From: an uncultured Chloroflexia bacterium
GTDB lineage: Bacteria > Chloroflexota > Chloroflexia > Thermomicrobiales > UBA6265
DNA length: 64,000 nt
Assembly: GCA_963724295.1 (NCBI GenBank)
Contig: CAVRUC010000007.1
Coordinates: forward strand, 576,001-640,000
Direction: 5' to 3'
The translations under genes were made by a program, and so were the position numbers. This document shows, piece after piece, positions 1-9,549 of the stretch (position 1 is the first letter of the stretch; the number at the start of each line of letters is the position of its first letter). The notes under the pieces were generated by a model. That model was not told where the DNA came from. It saw only the letters and a list, made by a program, of their open reading frames with translations, and searched no databases.

Positions 1-567
1 GGCGTTCTCGAGCCTGGCCAGACCTTTTCCCATACGTTTGCCGAATCCGGTGAGTTCAGCTACGTCTGCGCGATTCACCCCCAGATGACGGGAACGATCC
101 GCGTGAACGCCGACGCGGCGCCCGGGACCGGAGCGGTCGGGGCGACACCGGTCGCACCCTCCGCGGTGGGTACAGGCCCCGAGGGTGTCTGGTTGATCCG
201 GCTCGTTCCTGACGACGAGACGATACTCGGCGCGCATCAGGCCCTGGTCACCTTCCACGGCGACGGCACCATGGAAGCCGATTTTTCGGCGGAGTCCGGC
301 GACGGAGCAACCACAGCCGTCCTGGCGTCAGGTCGGGGGGAGTGGTTGGTGAATGAGACTGTTTGCCGCATCTCACTGATCGCCCTCCTGAACGACGCAG
401 ATCAGCGCTTCGCCGGCACGGTCACAGTCGACGCCGAGGCCGAGCTCGATACGGACGGTCGCGCCTTCGACGGGACATTCGATTTCGCCGTGGTCTCAGC
501 CGGTGGCGAGCCGGTCGGCGATGGTTCGGGCAGGCTTCTTGGCGGATCAGTTTCACTCGACCCGTAG
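1..567 (+). CDS. Cupredoxin (plastocyanin/azurin-like) domain protein with a C-terminal beta-rich domain; 5' end lies outside the window
   Basis: Frame is open from base 1: GVLEPGQTFSHTFAESGEFSYVCAIHPQMTGTIRV contains the type-1 copper C-x2-H-x2-M motif. Confidence 0.8.
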   Translation, partial: GVLEPGQTFSHTFAESGEFSYVCAIHPQMTGTIRVNADAAPGTGAVGATPVAPSAVGTGPEGVWLIRLVPDDETILGAHQALVTFHGDGTMEADFSAESGDGATTAVLASGRGEWLVNETVCRISLIALLNDADQRFAGTVTVDAEAELDTDGRAFDGTFDFAVVSAGGEPVGDGSGRLLGGSVSLDP

Positions 568-758
568 CGTCGATCGGGCGAGACCCATGGACATTGAAAG
601 CATCCGCGACGACGCGCGGATGCTCCGTCAGGCAGCCAGCTCCTGGTTCGGAGTAGCATCATCGGGCAGGGCTGACGACGCTGCCCGATGGTCTGGCACG
701 TGGTTTCTCGCGTTCCCGGGCGCGCAGGCCTCAATTCATCACTAGAAGGCGAGGAACA

Positions 759-1958
759 ATGTCCGATTCGTCGCGGCGCGCGGTGATCCTGGGTGGGGCC
801 CGCACGCCATTCGCCAAACTCGGCGGCGCTTTAGCGACTCAGAGTGCCGTCGATCTCGGCGTCGTGGCCGCGCGGGCCGCGATCGAGCGCGCGGGCATAT
901 CCCCGGCTGACGTCGACGACACGATTCTTGGCCAGGTGCTCCAGGGCGGCTCAGGACAGAACCCGGCTCGTCAGGTCGCGCTGCGAGCGGGCGTCGGCGT
1001 CGAGATACCCGCGGAGACGATCAATCGCGTCTGCGGGTCGGGGATGCGCGCCGTTACCCTCGCCGAATCGCTGATTCGCGCGGGCGATTACCAGGTCGTG
1101 CTGGCCGGTGGCATGGAGAGCATGACCAATGCCCCCTACATCCTGCGTAAGGCCCGCACCGGGTACCGCATGGGCGACGGCGTCCTCGAGGACACGATGA
1201 TCGGTGACGGCTTGCAGTGCGCGATTGCCAGCTGTCACATGGGTATCCACGGGGGCAACGTCGCCGCCGAAGAAGAGATCAGCCGCGAGGAGCAGGACGC
1301 CTGGGCACTGCGCTCCCACCAGCGCGCCCTGGCCGCGCGCGACGCGGGTCTCCTCGACCGCGAGATCGCGCCGGTCGAGATTGCCGCTAAAGGCGTCACC
1401 ACCATCGTCGACGAGGACGAGGCTCCCCGCAGGGACACGAGTGCGGAAGCGCTTGCTCGCCTGAAGCCCGCCTTCGACGCCGAAAGCACGGTGACCGCCG
1501 GCAACGCTCCGGGGATCAACGATGGCGCCGCCGCGCTCGTCGTCACAAGCGCGGACTGGGCCGCGGCGCAGGGACTGTCGCCCCGCGCGCGCATTCTGGC
1601 CCATGGCGAGGCCGCCTGGGAGGTCCCCTATCTCGCCTACACGCCCGCCATGGCCGCGGAGAAGGCACTTTCCCGGGCTGGGCTCAAGCCGTCCGATGTC
1701 GAAGTCTGGGAAATCAACGAGGCATTCGCCAGTGTGCCCATCATCTCCGCCAAGCGGCTCGGTATCGACCCCTGCCACGTCAATGTGAATGGCGGCGCGA
1801 TCGCGTTCGGCCACCCCATCGGCGCCAGTGGCGCCCGGATCATCCTCAGCCTGATCGAGGAGCTGCGCCGCCGTGGCGGCGGCCTCGGCGTGGCCGCGAT
1901 CTGCTCCGGCGGCGGCGGCGGGGACGCCATCGTCCTCGAGGTGCCTGGCCCGGCATGA
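759..1958 (+). CDS. atoB: Acetyl-CoA C-acetyltransferase (thiolase)
   Basis: INRVCGSG, NEAFA, GHPIGASG and CSGGGGG thiolase motifs; SD GAGG upstream. Confidence 0.93.
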   Translation: MSDSSRRAVILGGARTPFAKLGGALATQSAVDLGVVAARAAIERAGISPADVDDTILGQVLQGGSGQNPARQVALRAGVGVEIPAETINRVCGSGMRAVTLAESLIRAGDYQVVLAGGMESMTNAPYILRKARTGYRMGDGVLEDTMIGDGLQCAIASCHMGIHGGNVAAEEEISREEQDAWALRSHQRALAARDAGLLDREIAPVEIAAKGVTTIVDEDEAPRRDTSAEALARLKPAFDAESTVTAGNAPGINDGAAALVVTSADWAAAQGLSPRARILAHGEAAWEVPYLAYTPAMAAEKALSRAGLKPSDVEVWEINEAFASVPIISAKRLGIDPCHVNVNGGAIAFGHPIGASGARIILSLIEELRRRGGGLGVAAICSGGGGGDAIVLEVPGPA

Positions 1959-2488
1959 GCGAGGGACTGCTGCTCCCGTTCAAGGGCGTTTTCCCCCGCA
2001 TCGCGGCGGGTGTCTACCTGGCGCCGGGCTCGGTCGTCGTCGGCGACGTCGAGATCGGCGCGGATTCGAGCGTCTGGTTCAACGCCGTCATCCGCGGTGA
2101 CGTCGCCCCAATTCGCATCGGGGAGCGATCGAACGTCCAGGACGGCGCCGTCCTCCACGTCGATACCGGAACCCCTTGCATCGTCGGCAACGAGGTCACC
2201 ATCGGTCACGCGGCCATCGTTCACGGCACGAACGTCGGGGACGGGGTCACTATCGGCATGGGAGCGGTCGTCCTCTCTCGTTCAATGATCGGCGCGGAGG
2301 CGATCGTCGCCGCCGCGGCGTTGGTGCCGGAAGATGCGGTCGTCCCTTCCGGCGCGCTGATGATGGGTGTGCCGGCGCGGGAGAAGCGCGCGCTCTCGGA
2401 CGCGGAACGGGCCGCATCACGAGAAAATGCGCTCCGCTACGTTCGGAATGCCGCCGCGCACCGTCTGGTCGTCGCGGGAGCCGAATAA
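1955..2488 (+). CDS. Gamma carbonic anhydrase family protein (YrdA/PaaY-like)
   Basis: Hexapeptide repeats, IRGDV, SNVQDGAVLH, TIGHAAIVHG; ATGA overlap with thiolase. Confidence 0.9.
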   Translation: MSEGLLLPFKGVFPRIAAGVYLAPGSVVVGDVEIGADSSVWFNAVIRGDVAPIRIGERSNVQDGAVLHVDTGTPCIVGNEVTIGHAAIVHGTNVGDGVTIGMGAVVLSRSMIGAEAIVAAAALVPEDAVVPSGALMMGVPAREKRALSDAERAASRENALRYVRNAAAHRLVVAGAE

Positions 2489-2501
2489 GGAAGAGGCGGA
2501 C

Positions 2502-3275
2502 ATGGCTGTCGACGTCGAGATCGACGAGGGTATCGCGGTCGTCACGATGAACCGCCCGCAGGCCCTGAACGCCTTCAACACCGAGCAGCTCGATCTTCTG
2601 ACAGGAGCGTTCCACGCGCTTGGCCAGGACCGCGCCGTCCGGGTCGTCATCCTGACCGGCGCTGGCGATCGCGCGTTTGCCGCGGGCGCGGATATCAAGG
2701 AGATGGTGAATCTCAGCCCGGCCGAGGGGGTGGCCTTCGGACGCAAGGGCCAGGCGGTGGCCAGCGCGGTCGAACGCCTGCCCCAGCCGGTGATTGCCGC
2801 GGTCAACGGGTATGCCTTCGGCGGCGGTTGCGAATTGGCTATCGCCTGCGATATCCGGCTCGCCGCCGAGAACGCCCGCTTCGCGCAGCCGGAGGTCACT
2901 CTCGGCATTCCTCCCGGCTGGGGTGGCACCCAACGGCTGCCCCGGCTCATCGGACCGGGTCTCGCCGCGGAGATGATTTACACGGGACGCCAGGTGGACG
3001 CCGAGGAAGCGCATCGCATCGGCCTGGTCAATGCGGTCTACCCGCTCGACCAGCTGATGGCGGCGGCGCAAGCAATGGCCGCTCAGATCGCCCGCAACAG
3101 CCCGGCCGCTGTTCGCGCCGCGAAGAACCTGATTGGGCTCGTTTTTGCCGGCGATCAAGCAGCGGGACTAGCCGCTGAGGTTGCCGGCTTCGGCGCCGCC
3201 TTCGCCTCGCCTGATCGGAGCGAGGGCATGCGCGCATTTGTCGAGAAGCGAGCGGCCGACTTCGCCGGCGACTGA
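2502..3275 (+). CDS. Enoyl-CoA hydratase/crotonase
   Basis: AFAAGADIKEM, AVNGYAFGGGCELA, QPEVTLGIPPGWGGTQRL; start set at ATG 2502 after GAGG. Confidence 0.92.
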   Translation: MAVDVEIDEGIAVVTMNRPQALNAFNTEQLDLLTGAFHALGQDRAVRVVILTGAGDRAFAAGADIKEMVNLSPAEGVAFGRKGQAVASAVERLPQPVIAAVNGYAFGGGCELAIACDIRLAAENARFAQPEVTLGIPPGWGGTQRLPRLIGPGLAAEMIYTGRQVDAEEAHRIGLVNAVYPLDQLMAAAQAMAAQIARNSPAAVRAAKNLIGLVFAGDQAAGLAAEVAGFGAAFASPDRSEGMRAFVEKRAADFAGD

Positions 3276-3293
3276 CGCGGTGCCACCCACCGG

Positions 3294-3402
3294 TGTCATC
3301 CCGAGGGACCAGGGATAGTGTCATCCCGAGGAACGAGGGATCTCGTCGTTCTACGTGAGTACACACGTATTCGACGAGATTCTTCACCGGCTCGCAATGA
3401 CA
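3294..3402. repeat. REP-like palindromic element (TGTCATCCCGAG...GATCTCGTCG...CGACGAGATTC...ATGACA) with a duplicated left end
   Basis: Terminal TGTCAT/ATGACA and internal ATCTCGTCG/CGACGAGAT inverted repeats; between convergent genes; related copy at 38699. Confidence 0.7.
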
Positions 3403-3418
3403 CACTCCACATCGTCCA

Positions 3419-3820
3419 CTACGGAAACTGGAGCGATTCCACCCGGCTGCGCAGGGCATGCGACGCCGGATCCCGCGTCGTCACGAACGTGCCGTCCTGC
3501 GTCCCCTGCAGCGGGAGAAACTGAACGTTGATCTCCGCTGACTCCACGACTCGCTCTCCATCGTAGATATCGATCCAGATCTCGGCCGACGAGATCGCCT
3601 CGGATCCGGTGTTGGTCACGGTGTACGGAATGTAGAAGGTCTCGTCGCGCACAGCGGCCTGTTCCGTGTCAAATGTAATTTGCAGCGACGCGCCGTCTCC
3701 TTCCAGCCGTCGCGCTTCCTCGACCAGAGCGACGACGATCAAGGCGCCTACGACCAGCACGCTGAGCGAGAGCGTCACCCACTCCGCGAGTGATTTTCGT
3801 CTCGCGGCGCGCTCGGTCAT
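3419..3820 (-). CDS. TIGR02588-like protein
   Basis: N-terminal TM 'SLAEWVTLSLSVLVV' followed by an Ig-like beta region; overlaps and is coupled to the TIGR02587-like gene. Confidence 0.7.
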   Translation of the reverse strand: MTERAARRKSLAEWVTLSLSVLVVGALIVVALVEEARRLEGDGASLQITFDTEQAAVRDETFYIPYTVTNTGSEAISSAEIWIDIYDGERVVESAEINVQFLPLQGTQDGTFVTTRDPASHALRSRVESLQFP

Positions 3821-4716
3821 ATGGCGAGCCGGCCCGCGGCCGCGGCCATCGACGCGGGAAACGCCAGCAGCACCGTCTTGGTGTAGATCTCGACCGGGGT
3901 CGACTCCTCGTCGATGCGACCGAATAACCGGAGCACGATCAGGCAGACGAGAAGCGCCAGCAGATAGGCGGTCACGGTTTCCGCAAACGGTGTCTGCAGC
4001 GGTCCCGGCGTGCGGTGGCGGTCATTCTCTCCGGCAAATCCCGCGGCAAAGACGACACTGTAGGTGACGAGCAGTGAGAGCAGGATCACCAGCGGCAGGT
4101 TCCGGAACGGCACCTCCGTTGTAATGGCCGTCAGATCGTCGACCGGCACGATGGCCAGGCACAAGAAGAGCGCGCCAGCGGCTGATGCGGCGAGCTCGAA
4201 AAGCGTGCGCCGCCGGCCGTCGTGCCATCCCAGGCGCACCGCGCTGGCATCACCGGCATCGGGATCGACGCGCGAGGCATCCCGCGCCAGGAGATGGTTG
4301 GCGATGGCGACGCCCAGACTCACCGGCGCGATCGCCACGGCGATCCGGCCTATGGCAATCGAAGGCGCTTGTCCGTCCCCGATCTGCCCAAGAACCCAAA
4401 ACACCGCTACCAGAGCCAGCACCGCCAGCGCGAGCGCTTCGATTGCGTCCCCGAAAACTTGCCATCCTCGGCGCAGCCCGCGCCGGAACCCGATCCAGTA
4501 GACCGCCACCAGCGTCAGCAGATACGAGAAGCCTAGCAACGTCAGCGAGTCCAGCGGCTCGTTCTGATCGCCGAGCCACCACGAATCAACCGTAAAGACA
4601 ACGGGGATACCGACCAGGAACCCGCTGGCTAACCCCCGCACGGCGTCATCGAACTCGTCCGACCATTCGCGACCAGGACGAGGTCGCGTCGGCGCGCCCC
4701 GAGGTTCAACCAGCAT
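3817..4716 (-). CDS. TIGR02587/DUF2391 family integral membrane protein
   Basis: DDAVRGLASGFLVGIPVVFTVDSWWLG start and FPASMAAAAGRLAI end match the family pattern. Confidence 0.8.
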   Translation of the reverse strand: MLVEPRGAPTRPRPGREWSDEFDDAVRGLASGFLVGIPVVFTVDSWWLGDQNEPLDSLTLLGFSYLLTLVAVYWIGFRRGLRRGWQVFGDAIEALALAVLALVAVFWVLGQIGDGQAPSIAIGRIAVAIAPVSLGVAIANHLLARDASRVDPDAGDASAVRLGWHDGRRRTLFELAASAAGALFLCLAIVPVDDLTAITTEVPFRNLPLVILLSLLVTYSVVFAAGFAGENDRHRTPGPLQTPFAETVTAYLLALLVCLIVLRLFGRIDEESTPVEIYTKTVLLAFPASMAAAAGRLAI

Positions 4717-4877
4717 GCGATTTCTCCACCGCGGCCCGTTGGCTCGATGCGGGCGTGGCTGCCGGCTCAGCTGCGCTCAGCTCACGTCTCCAGGCCGCTC
4801 AGGGAGAGCCGATGGCAACCTGCCGCTATAGTAGCCGCCGATGTGCGATGGCCTGCGTGACAAGGGGTTGGGACGGA

Positions 4878-5615
4878 ATGCGGTTCGAGGGACAGACAGC
4901 GATCGTCACCGGAGCGGCTCGAGGCATTGGTGAAGCGATCGCCCGGCGCCTCGCCAGCGAAGGCGCGGCGGTCATGATCGCGGACGTGGATTATCACGCC
5001 GCCGAGGCCACCGCGACCGCGATCGGCGAGTACGCGGTCGCTCAGCCGCTCGACGTGACCGAGCCGGTCTCCTGGGACGCCGCGGTGCGGGCCGCACTTG
5101 ACCGCTGGGGACGAATCGACGCGCTAGTCAACAACGCCGGCATCGCGGGGCGCTCCGCACCCATCTGGGAGCTCGGCGTCGACGAGTGGCAGCAGGTTGT
5201 GGACATCGACCTCACCGGCGTCTTCCTGGGCTGCAAAGCCGTCATCCCGGTCATGGTTGACGTCGGCTCCGGCCGCATCGTCAACATCGCGTCGATCGCC
5301 GGCAAGGAAGGCAACCCCAACGCGGTTCCCTATTCGGCCGCCAAGGCCGGGGTGATTGGCTTGACGAAAGCGGTCGCCAAAGAGGTCGCCACCACGGGCG
5401 TGCTCGTCAATGCGGTGGCGCCGGCCGTGATCGAGACCCCGATCCTGGCCCAGGTGAGCGACGAGCATATCGCCTACATGACCAGCCGCATCCCGATGGG
5501 GCGCGTCGGCAAACCGGAGGAAGTCGCCGCGCTGGTCGCGTTTCTCTGCTCGTCCGACCTCAGCTTCTCCACCGGCGCCGTCTACGACATCTCCGGGGGC
5601 CGCGCCACCTATTAG
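4878..5615 (+). CDS. SDR family oxidoreductase
   Basis: TGAARGIG, NNAG, YSAAK motifs. Confidence 0.92.
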   Translation: MRFEGQTAIVTGAARGIGEAIARRLASEGAAVMIADVDYHAAEATATAIGEYAVAQPLDVTEPVSWDAAVRAALDRWGRIDALVNNAGIAGRSAPIWELGVDEWQQVVDIDLTGVFLGCKAVIPVMVDVGSGRIVNIASIAGKEGNPNAVPYSAAKAGVIGLTKAVAKEVATTGVLVNAVAPAVIETPILAQVSDEHIAYMTSRIPMGRVGKPEEVAALVAFLCSSDLSFSTGAVYDISGGRATY

Positions 5616-5646
5616 CGAGTCATCGCGGCGGCTCCCGCTGACGCGG

Positions 5647-6495
5647 TCATGCGTTGCCACCGTCGAGACCGAACAGAAACAGCTGGATCGCTGCCAGGGT
5701 CTGCTCGGATCCCGGTCCCAGAAATACGTCGTGGCTGGCGCCGTAGATCGTCTGCGCCCGGGCTTGCGGGATCGTCGCCAGCATTCGTTCGGCGGTCTCT
5801 GGCCGTATCTCACCCCGCTGGCCACGCACGATCAACACGGGACAATGCAGGCGAGCCAGGACGTCCCAATCGGATCGCGGCACGGCGGCGGCCTCGATCC
5901 GGCGCACGATGTCGAGGTCATGCCGCCAGCGGTAACCACCATCTGACCTCGCTTCGAGGTCACTCGGGATGTCATGGCGGGCCCGGTCCGGAGGCAGCCC
6001 CAAATCCTCTTCGTAGAACCGAGTGGCGTCCGCAAGTGAAGCAAACGCCTGTGGCAGCGAGTTGATCTCGGCGAGCGCGTGCGATGCACGATCCGCGGTC
6101 ACCTCGGGATTGGCGTCACCGAGGACGACCCCACAGGCGAGCTCGGGGCGCCGGGCGGCAAGGTGGTAGGCGACGAGGCCACCATGCAAGCGCCCGATGA
6201 GCGCCGGCCGCTCGATACCGAGCCGATCGACCAATTCGGCGACGTCGTCGGCCATCGTCGCGGGGTCATAACCGCCCTCCGGACGATCGCTTTCTCCCCG
6301 TCCCCGCAGATCGGGAACCAGCACTTCACGGTCGAGCGACAGCTGCTCCGCGAGATGGCGCATGCCTTCCCCGCTCTGCAGCACGCCATGCAGGAGGACG
6401 ACGGGTGGGTGCTGGGCGTCCGGCGGGCTTGCCCAGCGGCGATACGCCAGACGCACCCCATTGACATGCTCGAAGCCGGTAAGGAGTTGACTCAT
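5647..6495 (-). CDS. Alpha/beta hydrolase fold protein
   Basis: VVLLHG, DLRGRGES; nucleophile elbow reads GRLHGG instead of GxSxGG. Confidence 0.8.
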   Translation of the reverse strand: MSQLLTGFEHVNGVRLAYRRWASPPDAQHPPVVLLHGVLQSGEGMRHLAEQLSLDREVLVPDLRGRGESDRPEGGYDPATMADDVAELVDRLGIERPALIGRLHGGLVAYHLAARRPELACGVVLGDANPEVTADRASHALAEINSLPQAFASLADATRFYEEDLGLPPDRARHDIPSDLEARSDGGYRWRHDLDIVRRIEAAAVPRSDWDVLARLHCPVLIVRGQRGEIRPETAERMLATIPQARAQTIYGASHDVFLGPGSEQTLAAIQLFLFGLDGGNA

Positions 6496-7400
6496 CGACC
6501 GCTCCCGGCGCGATAGTTCTGCAGCGCCGCCGTCACGAGTTGCAAACATTCGCTCTCATAGGGCTGCGGCCAGACGATCAGGTGGGCGACGCCTTGGGCC
6601 TCGAATCCTCGCCACTCGTCGGCCAGGTCCTGCGCGCTGGTGAACGTGAACCGCGCGGCACGATCGGACTCGTCTCGATCCTGTCTCGAGTCAGGGGTCA
6701 TCACGATCTGGCCGACGGTGACATCGAGTGTTGTGGGATCGCGACCTACGTCGGAGCAGGCCGCATGAAGTTCCTCAACCCGCTGAGGGAGTTCTCCGGC
6801 GCGTCCCACCCAACAGGTGTTCCAGGCATCGGCAAGCTCGGCGGTCAATCGCAGCATGCGGGGCCGCGAGGCTCCAATCAGGATCGGCGGTCCGTCTGGT
6901 CGCGGACCTCGCGGCAGGCTGACGCAGTTGACGGCTAGTTCATACCTTCCCTGGTAGTCGACGACGTCACCACGGACCATCGGCGCGATGATGCGCAGCG
7001 CGTCCTCGAAGCGGCTGGCGAGATGATCGAACGGAAAGCCAAACGCCGAGAACTCCGGCTGATGCCAACCCGCACCAAGGCCCAGGATCAACCGGCCCCC
7101 GCTCACCTCGTCAACCGCGTCAGCCATCTTGGCAAGGAGTGCCGGGTTACGGAACGCCGTGCATATGACCAGCGTCCCCAGCTCGATGCGAGTCGTCGCC
7201 TCGGCCAGAGCCGAAAGCAACGTCCAGCCCTCCCAGATACCTCGCCGCTGCCCCTCCCACTCAAAGAGGAGATGGTCGACGATCCAGATCGAATCGAACT
7301 GATCGCGCTCCGCCTGGAGCGCCGCGTCGCGGATGTCGCCGTAGCGCAGGATCGTCCCGTCGTCTGTCTCGGCGATCGGCAACAGCATCCCGACCTTCAC
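6492..7400 (-). CDS. LLM-class flavin/F420-dependent oxidoreductase
   Basis: DSIWIVDH, LAEATTRIELGTLV, RNPALLAKMA, SGGRLILGLGAGW; GTG start after AGGAG. Confidence 0.9.
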   Translation of the reverse strand: MKVGMLLPIAETDDGTILRYGDIRDAALQAERDQFDSIWIVDHLLFEWEGQRRGIWEGWTLLSALAEATTRIELGTLVICTAFRNPALLAKMADAVDEVSGGRLILGLGAGWHQPEFSAFGFPFDHLASRFEDALRIIAPMVRGDVVDYQGRYELAVNCVSLPRGPRPDGPPILIGASRPRMLRLTAELADAWNTCWVGRAGELPQRVEELHAACSDVGRDPTTLDVTVGQIVMTPDSRQDRDESDRAARFTFTSAQDLADEWRGFEAQGVAHLIVWPQPYESECLQLVTAALQNYRAGSGR

Positions 7401-7605
7401 ATCGTCTCCTCGACCCCGAACCGTCCGCAACCGCAGTCACCGAGCGCGGTGAAACCCGCCGCACTGTACGTCGCCAGGAGCGAGAACGCCAAGACGTCTC
7501 CCATCCTCGATCGGGTTGGCCGGCCGCGGCGGGGTACAATCGCTCGCCGGTGGTATCGCGTGGAGCGGGGCCAGGTCCCGACTACCGAGGGGGCATGGGG
7601 GAAGC

Positions 7606-8031
7606 ATGGCCGGGTTGTTCGGCAAGCGTCGTAACTCGGGATCGCAGCCGGCTACCGGGTCACTGCTCGATGAGGTCACCCAGGGCAGCCCGGTGACCGA
7701 TGGCTGGCGATTCTCGCTCAAGGGGTCGCCGCGCTTTTATGACGACGTACTCCGCATCATCGAGAGCGACTCCGGCGCTGAGGTCTATTTTGGCGAAGCG
7801 CTAACCTACGAGCGCGGCGCCGCCGTTGCGCTCTGGCGCGTTCGCGCCCGGAGCTTCGCCTGGTTGCCACCGCTCTATGACTGGTGGGCCGACCAGGAGC
7901 GTATCGAACCAGTCCGGTTCACATTTTATCTCTACATTCCGCCGGACCTGAAGTACCCGGCACTGGATCTGCGCGAGCATGCTCCTCAGGACGTCGAGGC
8001 GTTCATCAAACAGCGTGCCCCCAAGGACTAG
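7606..8031 (+). CDS. Hypothetical protein
   Basis: Protein-like composition, GC3-biased codons, followed by a hairpin. Confidence 0.65.
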   Translation: MAGLFGKRRNSGSQPATGSLLDEVTQGSPVTDGWRFSLKGSPRFYDDVLRIIESDSGAEVYFGEALTYERGAAVALWRVRARSFAWLPPLYDWWADQERIEPVRFTFYLYIPPDLKYPALDLREHAPQDVEAFIKQRAPKD

Positions 8032-8064
8032 AGCCAAGCGGGCGAAGCTCGGGCAAGAAACGGA

Positions 8065-8093
8065 ACCGCCTCCGCGAAAATCGCGGAGGCGGT
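8065..8093. terminator. Hairpin between convergent genes
   Basis: ACCGCCTCCGCG-AAAAT-CGCGGAGGCGGT perfect 12-bp stem. Confidence 0.65.
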
Positions 8094-8119
8094 CGCTTCG
8101 TTCGGGATCGAGCGGTCGA

Positions 8120-8422
8120 TCAGTCTCCCGCGATTCTCACGGCAGCCTCTTCGACGACCTCGATGACCTCGACCTCAGCCACGGCCAGGAGACGCTCAGG
8201 GTGCACTTTCCAGCAGTCGGTCACCACGTCAGTGGCGCGACAACGCATCACGTCGTCTTCACCATGGAGGGCCCATGCTAACGAGCATCGATAAACTGGC
8301 TCAACACTCCCACGCAATGGTCCGCAGTGCGCACGGACAAGCATCGGACACCCAAAGCGCCCCGGCTCCGCCGTCTGCTCTTCCTCGAGGAAGAGCCGGC
8401 GTCGCTCGCGGCTCATCGTCAA
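8120..8422 (-). CDS. Small Cys-containing hypothetical protein
   Basis: About 100 aa with five Cys; SD-like AAGGGGTGG upstream; exact start (TTG 8422 or ATG 8416) uncertain. Confidence 0.6.
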   Translation of the reverse strand: MTMSRERRRLFLEEEQTAEPGRFGCPMLVRAHCGPLRGSVEPVYRCSLAWALHGEDDVMRCRATDVVTDCWKVHPERLLAVAEVEVIEVVEEAAVRIAGD

Positions 8423-8475
8423 ACCACCCCTTCTTCTGGCGGCCCCCCGTCTCGTCGCTCACGCCACGCTTCACC

Positions 8476-8575
8476 AGGTCCCACATGGACTTGACATTGA
8501 CGCGGACATGAGCTTCCGGGTCTCACCAGCGCCCCAGGAGCTGCTCTGCTCCGGGGAAGCCCCACTTCGGGACCT
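8476..8575 (-). promoter_or_regulatory. Candidate structured 5' leader or sRNA
   Basis: TATACT -10 at 8587-8582; terminal stem AGGTCCC/GGGACCT begins at the predicted TSS; internal helices. Confidence 0.45.
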
Positions 8576-8622
8576 CAGAGCAGTATACCCTGACGCCCGC
8601 CGCCCGCCCGGCGGGATCACGC

Positions 8623-9549
8623 CTATCGAGATACCAACTGCCGCAAGACAAACAGCATATTCGCCGGTCGCTCCGCGATTCGGCGCGCAAAGTAGGGGTA
8701 CCAATCCGCACCGAACGGCACATAGATCCTCATGCGATACCCCTCGCGCGCCAGAGCAACCTGCGCCTCCCGGCGTACGCCATAAAGCATCTGGAACTCC
8801 CAGCGCGCGGGGTCGATACCCATGCGCAGCGCGAAGCCCTGCGTAGCACGCACCAGCGCGGGGTCGTGCGTGGCGATAGCCGGATAGCGGCCGGCTTCGA
8901 GCAAGCGCTCCATCAGGCGGACAAAGGCCTCGTCGATCTCCCGCGGTCGCTGCAGAGCCAGACTCGCCGGTTCGGCGTACGCGCCCTTCACGAGCCGGAC
9001 CCGCATCTTCAGGCCAATCAGTCGCTCGATGTCTCGATCCGACCGGTGCAGATAGGCCTGGATGACCGCCCCGACATACCCCTCGAATCGCTCGTGCAGC
9101 GCCTCGGCGATGGCGAGGGTCCGTTCCGTGTACGCGGAGCTCTCCATGTCGATTCGCACGAACCCGTCGGCGCTCCGCGCGGTTTCCAACAGCACCAGCA
9201 TGTTGTCGTACGCAATCTGATCGCCGATGTCCAGACCGAGCATGGTCAGCTTGACCGAGATGTTCGGGTCCAGATCGCTGGCGGCCATCTCTCGCAAGGT
9301 CTCGGCAAACGTCTCGACCGCGGCGCGAGCCTCGTTCGGCGTCAGGACGTTCTCGCCCAACCGGTCCAGCGTCGTCGTCAAGCCCTGCGTGCTCAACCGA
9401 TTCGCGACCACCAGTGCATCTTCCAACCGGTCTCCGGCGACGAAACGGGCAACCAGGGCGCGCGACCATGGGCTGTTACGAATGATTCGTTCCACTTCAT
9501 CTCGCTCGGCTGTGGCCAGGATTCCGTTGCGTAGCAAGGTGGTCATCAT
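8623..9549 (-). CDS. Proline dehydrogenase (monofunctional)
   Basis: RFVAG, ISVKLT, VRIDMES, RLVKGAY, ATHD, FQMLYGVR, YVPFG...YFARRIAERP. Confidence 0.95.
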   Translation of the reverse strand: MMTTLLRNGILATAERDEVERIIRNSPWSRALVARFVAGDRLEDALVVANRLSTQGLTTTLDRLGENVLTPNEARAAVETFAETLREMAASDLDPNISVKLTMLGLDIGDQIAYDNMLVLLETARSADGFVRIDMESSAYTERTLAIAEALHERFEGYVGAVIQAYLHRSDRDIERLIGLKMRVRLVKGAYAEPASLALQRPREIDEAFVRLMERLLEAGRYPAIATHDPALVRATQGFALRMGIDPARWEFQMLYGVRREAQVALAREGYRMRIYVPFGADWYPYFARRIAERPANMLFVLRQLVSR

